Positions 22,182-30,699 of a DNA stretch of 52,578 nt are shown in pieces (position 1 is the stretch's first letter; each line of letters begins with the position of its first letter). Below the pieces are notes generated by a model. That model was not told where the DNA came from, did not search any database, and saw only the letters and a program-made list of their open reading frames with translations. The position numbers were made by a program, and so were the translations under genes. Where the stretch lies: positions 1 to 52,578 of the forward strand of contig JBCBZJ010000021.1 in the NCBI GenBank assembly GCA_039815375.1, in the 5' to 3' direction. The stretch is from Verrucomicrobiota bacterium. Its GTDB lineage: Bacteria; Verrucomicrobiota; Verrucomicrobiia; Opitutales; Coraliomargaritaceae.

Positions 22182-23411
22182 CTATTGCAGACGGACATTG
22201 TCTATCTTCACTTGTGAAGTGATGAAGGATTGCTTGCCGGATTTCCCAGCAATTCGAAAACCGAGAGTGACGACTTGATCTTGAAACGCTTTGATGTCGA
22301 TAGAGTGCCTCCGAAAGTTGTCGTCGGTCTGATTGAGCTGGAGTTTTAGAAAGACGGTTTGATCGACAGAAACCAATAGATGGTCGATTCCGTCGAATGA
22401 AGATCTATCGGCGTTATTGCACTTGAGATCAAAGACGATCTCTGTGGCATCTTTCGGAATGTAAAACCGATCGTGCTGTTTTCTGCCATTGCCCCGGTCA
22501 AGCTCGAGAGCATTTCGTTGAATATGACCTGCCCCAGCTCCGCCGTGGTGAGACCAGCCGGGAATCCGTGTCGAAAGAGGCGGTGCGAAACGGAAATCAC
22601 CGTTATAAACTGAGTTCTCAAGGAATGCAAAATAGGGCGGGTGCGCATTTCCTTGTCTTGGAGGCCGATGCGCCGATCCACCGCCACGAATGGAGAAATA
22701 GTAGCCTTCTTTCGATCCAGAATTTCGAATGGTTTCAGTATACCAACGGAAAACGTCTGTATGCCAGGTCACATCCAGCTTCTTCGAATACGCTCCATTG
22801 ACCGGCCGTCCACTCAAGCCGATACTTGCTTCCTGCCAGTAGGCATCAGCCCAGGTGACGCCTTCCCACGCTTCGATACCAGAGTTGATAAAAGGCGGGT
22901 TTACGGAATAGTCCCGGTGCGTGACATGAAGGCCCCAGTCATGCGGGTCGAGAAATGTCATTTGCTCGACAGGTTTGCCCAGGCGAATGAGCCGCTCGAC
23001 CGCCTCGCTGTTGACAACGCACCCACGGCTGTGGCCAATAAAGTGTAATGATTCCAAGCCGAAATGACCGGCGCGCGAACCCATTAGTAGCGAGCAGAAG
23101 AGAGCATTTCCAGCTGCTTCGCTATGTCCCTCCTCGGGGTCGTTACTGTCTGCCGACCAGTCGAATAAAAGAACATTGAAGCTTTGGTCGCCTTCGTGGG
23201 TCTTTATCTTTTCAAAAGCCCCGGTCGCAGGATCATACAATCGAATCGTGCCGCCACTATTCCGCTCACAAAGGGCCTTTGCCATGTCCTGCATCCAGCC
23301 TTCGAGGGGTTTCTTACCCGGGAAGACAAATCCGTGGGAGATGATTGTTGTTCCTGCAGAAAGGGACGAAACCAAGGTCGTTAAAATGAAAAGCCAGAGG
23401 CGGAGACGCAT
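22182..23411 (-). CDS. Secreted alpha/beta-hydrolase-fold protein with C-terminal beta-sandwich domain
   Basis: Signal peptide from ATG 23411, ISHG oxyanion motif, GHSRG nucleophile elbow and TFLDPH. Confidence 0.7.
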   Translation of the reverse strand: MRLRLWLFILTTLVSSLSAGTTIISHGFVFPGKKPLEGWMQDMAKALCERNSGGTIRLYDPATGAFEKIKTHEGDQSFNVLLFDWSADSNDPEEGHSEAAGNALFCSLLMGSRAGHFGLESLHFIGHSRGCVVNSEAVERLIRLGKPVEQMTFLDPHDWGLHVTHRDYSVNPPFINSGIEAWEGVTWADAYWQEASIGLSGRPVNGAYSKKLDVTWHTDVFRWYTETIRNSGSKEGYYFSIRGGGSAHRPPRQGNAHPPYFAFLENSVYNGDFRFAPPLSTRIPGWSHHGGAGAGHIQRNALELDRGNGRKQHDRFYIPKDATEIVFDLKCNNADRSSFDGIDHLLVSVDQTVFLKLQLNQTDDNFRRHSIDIKAFQDQVVTLGFRIAGKSGKQSFITSQVKIDNVRLQ

Positions 23412-23593
23412 AAGAGTGTTGATGTCTTTGATCGGTGTTGCAGGAAGGAAGTTTGGTTTTCCTAAGCACCTCATTTGTTGACTAGACTGAGCATTGGTTC
23501 CACTGCGATATGATCTTGTCGTTCACTTTGTCAAGAAGCCGCACCTCCCCTCTTGCATTTTCGGCTCAAAGGGATTTACCCAGAGGAGTAAGG

Positions 23594-24553
23594 ATGAAGC
23601 GTGCAAAGAAAAAGATCGCCCTGATCGGCACTGGGTTTGTGGGCATGTCCTACGCCTACTCGCTTTTAAATCAGGGTGTGGGCGATGAGCTCGTATTGAT
23701 TGACATGAATAGGGACAAAGCTGAAGGGGAGGCGATGGACCTGAACCATGGGCTTCCCTTTGCGCCATCCAGTATGTTGATCAAAGCTGGCGATTTCAGC
23801 GATTGTGAAGACGCGGACCTCGTCGTTGTGACTGCAGGTGCAGCCCAGAAGGAGGGGCAATCCCGTCTGGATCTACTCAAAATTAACGCCGGAATCATGC
23901 GCTCAATCACCCGCGATGTGATTGCATCGGGCTTTGACGGGATTTTCCTGATCGCGACCAACCCGGTTGATATTTTGACTCAGGTCGTTCTCGATGAGTC
24001 GAAGTGGCCGAAGAGTCGCGTCTTCGGGTCCGGTTGCACTCTGGATACGGCCCGCCTGCGGCACGAGTTAGCCAAGCGAATCAATGTGGACAGCCGAAAT
24101 ATCCATGGCTTCGTGCTCGGTGAGCATGGCGACAGTGAATTTGTCGCCTGGTCCAAAGTAACCGTGAGTGTGAAACCGATTGCTGACGTCATTGATGAAT
24201 CACCCGACATCAGTTGGGAGGATCTGGATGAGATTCATGCCAAGGTTCGCGATGCTGCCTACGAGATCATCAATCGGAAAAATGCGACGTATTACGCAAT
24301 CGGAATCGCACTGGTTCGGATCACCAAAGCAGTGCTGAATGACGAGAATCTGATTCTACCGGTATCTTCTCTCGTTGAGAATGAGTATCCCGAGGCCTGT
24401 GGTATCTGTATAGGTTTGCCCGCAAAAGTAAATCGCCAGGGCGTGGCGAGTATACTTAGCCTGAAGTTAAGCGAGCAGGAGCGCGTAAAACTGGCAAATT
24501 CGGCGAATATTCTGCGCGAGTCGCTCGCTTCGATTGGACTCACGACCGGATAG
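23594..24553 (+). CDS. ldh: L-lactate dehydrogenase
   Basis: GTGFVG, AQKEGQSRLDL (LDH-type Gln), TNPVD, LDTARL and GEHGDS. GAGGAG RBS precedes ATG 23594. Confidence 0.95.
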   Translation: MKRAKKKIALIGTGFVGMSYAYSLLNQGVGDELVLIDMNRDKAEGEAMDLNHGLPFAPSSMLIKAGDFSDCEDADLVVVTAGAAQKEGQSRLDLLKINAGIMRSITRDVIASGFDGIFLIATNPVDILTQVVLDESKWPKSRVFGSGCTLDTARLRHELAKRINVDSRNIHGFVLGEHGDSEFVAWSKVTVSVKPIADVIDESPDISWEDLDEIHAKVRDAAYEIINRKNATYYAIGIALVRITKAVLNDENLILPVSSLVENEYPEACGICIGLPAKVNRQGVASILSLKLSEQERVKLANSANILRESLASIGLTTG

Positions 24554-24790
24554 CTTCCTCTGGCCCGGGTTCTGCTCGATCAAGAACTCATCCTTTTATA
24601 ATGATCCAAGATTCTTGGGTGCCCCGCGTTTTATTTGAATTTTCGGATATTATCGCAGATCTAAAGAAGGCTGGTCCGGTGTACCTCCCTCGCAAAATTT
24701 TCCACTTTATTTCATATCATCAGTCGAATTTTCAGAGATCGTTCATTTCATCCATACTTTTGGGAGTGATCGCTGGTCCTACCACTATTT

Positions 24791-24840
24791 TGTAACTCCC
24801 CGGAAGGTTTAGGAAAAATCACCAAAGGTTTAGGAAATTG
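24791..24840. repeat. Candidate Mu-type prophage end with tandem transposase-binding sites
   Basis: TGT at 24791, then AAGGTTTAGGAAA at 24804-24816 and 24825-24837 (21-bp period), just beyond the last tail gene. Confidence 0.7.
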
Positions 24841-24903
24841 AGATTTTTGCAACGCTGAGAATTTATGGTTTAAGTGTGGCTGCAGGAGCGCTGAAATTGC
24901 TTT

Positions 24904-25206
24904 TCAATGCCACTTGTTAATCGGGCAGCCCTCGGTGGCGAGCCGTTGTTTAATTCTTGTGCAGCCGCATTTCCGGCATTCACCGAGGCCGATGTTGCCG
25001 CTTTCGTTCCAGTATTTGCACAGTTGGCAGATTTTGAGCCGACGGGAGCTCTCCTGAGAAGAAACCTTTAGGCCATCTCCTTTTGCGGCCGCAGTAACCT
25101 GTCTCGCCACGGCTTTGGCAGCGTTGGAGCACTTCTTGCGCATTGTCAGCCGGGGTTCTTTGGCCAGATGATCAGATCTAGTTCGGCGATGGCCTTTTGT
25201 GATCAT
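24904..25206 (-). CDS. Cys-rich small phage protein (DUF6171-like)
   Basis: RRLKICQLC...CRKCGC...CPINKW. Translationally coupled to the upstream gene. Confidence 0.7.
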   Translation of the reverse strand: MITKGHRRTRSDHLAKEPRLTMRKKCSNAAKAVARQVTAAAKGDGLKVSSQESSRRLKICQLCKYWNESGNIGLGECRKCGCTRIKQRLATEGCPINKWH

Positions 25207-26279
25207 GAAGATTGCTCAACTGTTGGCATGCCCAAGCGGTATGCCATGCCGAGATTATGGTCCAGGGGCTCTGCTGGAATAATCACGTCGTCGTCGACAG
25301 TTAATCCGTAGTCTGTGGGATCGAGTGAATAGCCGTTGTCTATAAAGTCCTGATCGCTGATGGAGCTGTTGAGGGTGCCTCCTTCGATATGAAAGTTTTC
25401 AAGCGCCGTGAAGTTGAATGTATCTGGAGTGTCGTCGCTAAACATTGTTGATACCCCAGCCACAGCTGTGCCTGATTGGATCGGAATTTCGCCCTCATAA
25501 CTCGATCCAGGCTCGAGTCCCGTCAACAGAATCGCATAGTCTACAGTCCGCTTGGTGAAGATGAAACTTACAGTGGCGGCTGTCCTTTCTTCGAAGCTTG
25601 AAATCAGACTATTACCACTCACTGGAACGGCTCGATCTAGGGCGTCGGTTATCGTATCCATCTGAGAGAGCAAGTCGCTGCCTGTTCTAGCCGTTATCTG
25701 CTGCCGCACAGGCGACGTCACAGTCTCAAGCTGTCCGTTAATCGTAAAAGACTGACTCACGCCCCCCCATTCGTCGATTCGCTGCCAACTATACGACCTC
25801 GACGTGGGCGAATCGGTTTGCCATGTGTTTGATCCAATAATTTGGTTCGTTAACGGGCCATTCCCCATTGGTCCCAAGGTGCCAGCACATTCTGGTAGCG
25901 GATCATCTTCTTCAAATGTCCAACCCTGATCTTCGGGACCATCTGCGGTGGTTTGATCGCATGTCATTAAGTCATATTCGCGGGTGAATGTGTCGATAAA
26001 AGAACGGCCTCCCATGTTTTGCGAGAGGAGTGTCAATGAAGACGAGGTTCGGCAGTAGTAGTAAGTCGGATCAATCGTGACGGTTTCTCGATAATCGTAG
26101 GTTCTCAGGCGATATCTTTGAGGCGGCGCACTCGGCTGGAACTCATCATTACCACAAAGCTCGCCGACCAGCTCAACGCTCTTGGTAATTAGCTGCGCTT
26201 GGGGACAGCCGCCGCAGGCGGCTTTGTATTTAGTGCCGTCCGAGCGCTCGCAGCATACTCTGAATTGCGGGTGTGGCAT
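25203..26279 (-). CDS. Putative tail-tip/host-range protein with Cys-rich N-terminus
   Basis: Follows the hub gene with a 1-nt overlap. N-terminal CC...CGGC, Thr/Ser/Asp-rich body. Confidence 0.55.
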   Translation of the reverse strand: MPHPQFRVCCERSDGTKYKAACGGCPQAQLITKSVELVGELCGNDEFQPSAPPQRYRLRTYDYRETVTIDPTYYYCRTSSSLTLLSQNMGGRSFIDTFTREYDLMTCDQTTADGPEDQGWTFEEDDPLPECAGTLGPMGNGPLTNQIIGSNTWQTDSPTSRSYSWQRIDEWGGVSQSFTINGQLETVTSPVRQQITARTGSDLLSQMDTITDALDRAVPVSGNSLISSFEERTAATVSFIFTKRTVDYAILLTGLEPGSSYEGEIPIQSGTAVAGVSTMFSDDTPDTFNFTALENFHIEGGTLNSSISDQDFIDNGYSLDPTDYGLTVDDDVIIPAEPLDHNLGMAYRLGMPTVEQSS

Positions 26280-28228
26280 CAGGAGAGCAGGAAGCTATGG
26301 TCATCGCCACAAGAATCGTGATCCTGTGATCCAGCGAGATAGTTGTCGATTCGAAGCTTCCCGCCTCCGATGTCGACAACATCGAGGGCCAGACGGGAGC
26401 CGATCAGTTCGGTATCCGTGCCAGGATTTGCCGAGACCATCTCGGCAGTCTGGACTGCGCCTCCTTCTTCAATAAGAGTCACTTTGAGATAGAGCTGGTA
26501 GCCGGCCGCGACCGCGACCTCAGTGTCTGCAAGTGATCCACCTCCAGACGCGGTAACAATTACACCGTCGACCGTGCCAGGATTGACCTTCATAGTGCTG
26601 GCTCCGGTGAGGAAGCCGTTAAGGGGTTTTGCCTCACTAGTGCCGCCGTCGTCGGCAATGATCGTGTTCGGACTGCGGTTCGGCAATGTATTTCCGCCGC
26701 CAGTGGTTGTGGTCCGAGTTCCAGAAAAGCCAGGGCGGCGAGTCCGGACATTGCGATGCAGTTGCAAGAGACTGTTCGGGTCGAGGTGCTTAGCGGGGCC
26801 GAAGTTGACTGTCGTTTCTCCGGAATCCAGATTGAAAAGCGTATTATAGACCTGCGCATCCATCGTTGCCCAATCGCTTCGACCGCCGGATACGCAGACC
26901 TTATTATCAATCACTGCTGCAGTTCCAACCTCAAGCTCGGTCGTTTTGATCGTTCCCTCATATTGGAGAGTGGCGAAGCTGGAATGTATAGCGGCTGCGA
27001 GGCCAACTGGAGTGGGCTCTGCCGGGCTCGAGTCGCCTAGCGTTGAATAATTTTGAGAATTGGCGTTCGTCCCCTGAATGCGTAGTCGAAGCTTATCCGT
27101 TCTCAAGTCGCCGTCTAGCGTGTAACTAACATCAGCTTCGACATCCTGCGCATTAGCCCCGACGCCAAACATCCAGTCTGCGATTGATCCGGATATGAGC
27201 TCCTTGTCATAGCTAGTGCCGTCGTTCTCTCCGCCATCGTTTACGGCTTCTTTGGACTCGTTCGCAACGGAGACATTTGTCGCATTCCGCAGCTTCGGGT
27301 GGTGATCTTTCCACCAGTCTGCCGAATTCTCCTGGATCGATTCAGAGACAATCTTTTGCTGAATCCAATTCTCGGTGAAGCCCTGTAAATCGAAGAAGAA
27401 ATAAAGTGTCTTGATCGGGTCGACTGTCGAGCCGGCCGTATCGGTCAAAATGGTCTTTTGCTCGGCGCCATTAATCGTATCGGAGCGTTCGAACTGAATG
27501 ACGACGCCGTCCTTCTGCAAATCGTTACGAGGATTAATTGAGTTCTCGGTGATTGTCGTCTCACTACTCAGCGAGAAGGTCTTTCGCGTGAGCTCAGATC
27601 GTGGCGTAAAATTAAGCGTCGGCGGTGTTTGTGAATAATCGAAGTAAGCGACGATGTCCGGATTCCAGCGGAGAACTCGTGAAATAACTTCTGCGCAGCT
27701 CAGCGCGTTGAGTTCCTCATATGGCATCTCCGTGTTACCAGCAAGGCTGCCACCTTCGAAGAGCGCATCAGGGCCTAGCTGAGTGGCGGCATAGCTAAGA
27801 GCAGCGCTCAGCACCTGGCCGGAGTTGAGGCGCGAGCCACTACTATCGGTTCCGATAACAAGTCGCGCGAGTGAAGGCGTGCCGGGAGCGCCGTCTACAT
27901 ACCTTGAGAAGGCCTGTTGATACACCACTTGCTGCAACTGCCACCAAGGCCCGGAGACGGTGTATTTAATACGCTCGCTATTGCCGCTACCCGAGCGCTG
28001 AATCGCCGTTGCAGTGCCCTTGAACCATTGCACGCCGGCTCGCTGAACCGTGACGGTCTCGCCGTAGGCAAAAAGCGGGTCGGCATCGTAGTCGGCGGCC
28101 TGCTCGAAGGCCAGCGTGTCAGGTGCCTGGGTGATCCGAGTTGATCGAACATTTGAGAGCCCGAGCGAGCTCATCGTCACTGAAGAACCGCTGCCTCCCT
28201 GAATCGTCCAGATGTTACTGATCGCCAT
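26279..28228 (-). CDS. Tail-tip/baseplate-hub-like protein
   Basis: Directly after the tape measure gene. Hub-like N-terminus (GETVTV...WFKG) and C-terminal extension after a Thr/Gly linker. Confidence 0.65.
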   Translation of the reverse strand: MAISNIWTIQGGSGSSVTMSSLGLSNVRSTRITQAPDTLAFEQAADYDADPLFAYGETVTVQRAGVQWFKGTATAIQRSGSGNSERIKYTVSGPWWQLQQVVYQQAFSRYVDGAPGTPSLARLVIGTDSSGSRLNSGQVLSAALSYAATQLGPDALFEGGSLAGNTEMPYEELNALSCAEVISRVLRWNPDIVAYFDYSQTPPTLNFTPRSELTRKTFSLSSETTITENSINPRNDLQKDGVVIQFERSDTINGAEQKTILTDTAGSTVDPIKTLYFFFDLQGFTENWIQQKIVSESIQENSADWWKDHHPKLRNATNVSVANESKEAVNDGGENDGTSYDKELISGSIADWMFGVGANAQDVEADVSYTLDGDLRTDKLRLRIQGTNANSQNYSTLGDSSPAEPTPVGLAAAIHSSFATLQYEGTIKTTELEVGTAAVIDNKVCVSGGRSDWATMDAQVYNTLFNLDSGETTVNFGPAKHLDPNSLLQLHRNVRTRRPGFSGTRTTTTGGGNTLPNRSPNTIIADDGGTSEAKPLNGFLTGASTMKVNPGTVDGVIVTASGGGSLADTEVAVAAGYQLYLKVTLIEEGGAVQTAEMVSANPGTDTELIGSRLALDVVDIGGGKLRIDNYLAGSQDHDSCGDDHSFLLS

Positions 28229-30339
28229 TAGTTGCCAAGCTGTTGAATTTGCGATGCGGCGTTGTCGATTTCTTGCTGCAAACGGGCTACGGCACTATCG
28301 ACCGCGGCAACGAGCGGAGCGGTATCGATCTTCATGCCATCGACCGCGGTAATTACGGGGCTCAGGTCGGGGCTTGCTGTGGGTTGCTGCTGCGGAGGAC
28401 CTACGGGCCCTATGGGTGACGCAGGCAGCGAAGTTGCAGGAGCTTCGAAGGCATCGACCTCGGCGATCTGGTTTCCTCGGTTGTCGAAGAACCGCTGACC
28501 GCGCTCGCCTGAGAGGCCGATAAAATCCTCACGACGGTAGCCGTCCTTAAGCTTACGGATGTTCTCCTCTTCGGCTTTGCCGATTTGAGTTGTCGTCTGA
28601 AGACGCCTTGCTGCTGCCTCGGCGGCTGCGGCCTCAGCAGACGCACGCTCTTTTGCCATGATCGTGGCTTCTTGATCTGTAAATTCTGCAGCCTTGAATT
28701 GGTTAATGAGTTGCTGCTCGCGCTTCTGCTGTTCGAGCTGCTTGATGAGTTCCTCATTGCCAGCCCTTTTGGCCTCGAGAATTTTCATCTCGATCTCATG
28801 CATCGCAACGATTCGCTCTTGGCGCTCGATCTGTGCCATGCTCAGGCCGACTCCCTCGAGAAGAAGTTCTACCTGCAGCTCGGTCTTCTCATTGAGCTCA
28901 TCCTGTTGACTGACACGTTGCTGATTCAAATCGAGGACTGAAGAAAGAGAATCAAGCAGCCGATCAACCTTAGAGATATAGCCCTCTATATGTCTCGCGT
29001 CCTCCTCATTACCATCAATCAGTTCTTGCTGGTACTGTCCGACGAGAACTCTCCGGCGCTGAATCGCTGCATTCCGAACTTCCTCTAAGTCGACCGCGGA
29101 TTGCATCTCTCGCGCCTGGTCCCTAAGTGCGGCAATCTGTGCTGAATACAGCGCATCGACTGCACCCTCTGCAGCGGCAGCTTTTTGGGCAGCCGCTCCG
29201 ATCGCATCAGAAAAACCTGTGACATTATCGATTGCCGTTCCGATTCCATAACCTGCAGATCCTGCAGCTGCAAACAGTGCAATAACGCCGCCGAAGTTGC
29301 TTAGCGCAACTTTGGCAATCGACGCATTGCTACCAAGCAGCGGAAGGGTGCCGGCAAGGAACTTAGCACCACGGCCAGTCTGCATTAGTAGCCCAGCAAA
29401 CTGTGTGAGCGGGCCAGCAAGCGCAACAAGTGCGACCAATCCAGCGATTGCTTTGCGTGAGGCGGGGTCCAACTCGATCAACCAGGTTGTCAGGTCAACT
29501 CCAGACTCGACGAGGCCGGCGATCGCACGTCCGATCTGCTCAAGATCCTCGGGATCCATACGGTCCACCGCTTCAGCCACACTCAAGGCTCCGTCGGACA
29601 GGCCCTTGAAAACTGGCTCTGATATTTTCCCGGCCAACTGGTCGATTACGTCGGTCAAGTTGGAGAACCGGACCGTGCTTGTGTCCGCCGCCTGAGCAAG
29701 TGGACCGAGCTGCTCTACAAGAAATTCGTAGAGTCTACCTTGTTCCTTCGAAGCCCGAATATTTTCGTTGGTGACGCCGAGGGTCTGCGCGAGTTGAGCA
29801 TCGAGGGTAACATTTCCATTGATTAAAGCCCGGCTTTCCTGGACGAGTTGTTGCTCGGATAAGCCGAGCCGGCTGTTTGCCTGCGAAAAGCGAACTGTTA
29901 GATCGATAAGCTGCTCCAAAGTAAGCCCGGCAGCCAGGCCAGGTCCTGAGATTGCAGTTAATCCTTGGACCAGACCTTGGATCGTGCCCGGTGCTTCCTT
30001 AGCCTGCCGTTTTAACTCCTCGATCCCCCCGGCTGCAGCAAGGGCTCTGGCCTCTGCATTCTGCATCTCCGGTCCGCCGAATTTCTCGAGGACAGCATCT
30101 ATGGCTGTCTCCGAATCTTCCAGGAGGCTGTTGAATTCGACACCCCGCTTAATGAGTGACCCAAACCCGACAGTGGCCGCACCAACAAGAGGCGCGGTGA
30201 GAAAGATAGACATCTTTCTGCCGGCAGCCTCAACACGGGAGCCGAGCTCATCGATGTCGCCCAAGACCTGGTCGACGCCCGACGAATCCGCATCGGTCAG
30301 GATTCGAATCAGTATATCTCTAGTCGATTCGCGTGGCAT
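28228..30339 (-). CDS. Tail tape measure protein
   Basis: 703 aa, Ala/Leu/Gly-rich and helical, with hydrophobic stretches (LTAPLVGAAT, LAGPL), coiled coils and FSNLTD. Confidence 0.88.
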   Translation of the reverse strand: MPRESTRDILIRILTDADSSGVDQVLGDIDELGSRVEAAGRKMSIFLTAPLVGAATVGFGSLIKRGVEFNSLLEDSETAIDAVLEKFGGPEMQNAEARALAAAGGIEELKRQAKEAPGTIQGLVQGLTAISGPGLAAGLTLEQLIDLTVRFSQANSRLGLSEQQLVQESRALINGNVTLDAQLAQTLGVTNENIRASKEQGRLYEFLVEQLGPLAQAADTSTVRFSNLTDVIDQLAGKISEPVFKGLSDGALSVAEAVDRMDPEDLEQIGRAIAGLVESGVDLTTWLIELDPASRKAIAGLVALVALAGPLTQFAGLLMQTGRGAKFLAGTLPLLGSNASIAKVALSNFGGVIALFAAAGSAGYGIGTAIDNVTGFSDAIGAAAQKAAAAEGAVDALYSAQIAALRDQAREMQSAVDLEEVRNAAIQRRRVLVGQYQQELIDGNEEDARHIEGYISKVDRLLDSLSSVLDLNQQRVSQQDELNEKTELQVELLLEGVGLSMAQIERQERIVAMHEIEMKILEAKRAGNEELIKQLEQQKREQQLINQFKAAEFTDQEATIMAKERASAEAAAAEAAARRLQTTTQIGKAEEENIRKLKDGYRREDFIGLSGERGQRFFDNRGNQIAEVDAFEAPATSLPASPIGPVGPPQQQPTASPDLSPVITAVDGMKIDTAPLVAAVDSAVARLQQEIDNAASQIQQLGN

Positions 30340-30355
30340 GTTTCAAGAGCCGCGC

Positions 30356-30688
30356 TTAAGTGGACTCTGCTCGGATGAATTGCTTAAAAGTCTTTTCCAG
30401 CCCGTCGAGCCAGCCCGCGCTATTTGCACCGCCTAGAATCACCTCGGCCCGGCCATCACCGTCGGGCTCGATCTCGGCGGCCAAATCAACAGGCTCAGCA
30501 AACTGCTGCCGGGTAGCGTCAGGCAAAGCGCACCATGCGAGTAACAGCAAGATGTAATATCGCTGACCATCGTCGAAAAGACCCGCAAAGGTCCCACGAT
30601 GACAGCCAAACCTCGCAAGGGCAAACTTATCAAAAGTCAACGTTACCTCGCGGCCGTCTATAGTGATTTGGGTGGTGTTGATTTTCAT
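30356..30688 (-). CDS. Putative tail assembly chaperone
   Basis: ITIDGREVTLTFDKFAL pattern; lies immediately upstream of the tape measure gene. Confidence 0.65.
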   Translation of the reverse strand: MKINTTQITIDGREVTLTFDKFALARFGCHRGTFAGLFDDGQRYYILLLLAWCALPDATRQQFAEPVDLAAEIEPDGDGRAEVILGGANSAGWLDGLEKTFKQFIRAEST

Positions 30689-30699
30689 AAGAATTGAGT

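Noticed and set aside
24601..24795. 64-aa plus-strand ORF after ldh
   Set aside because: No recognisable features, and its stop lies inside the predicted phage end.
30340..30410. Programmed -1 frameshift in the tail assembly chaperone (G/GT type)
   Set aside because: No canonical XXXYYYZ slippery heptamer was seen near the 3' end, and only 16 nt separate the gene from the tape measure start.
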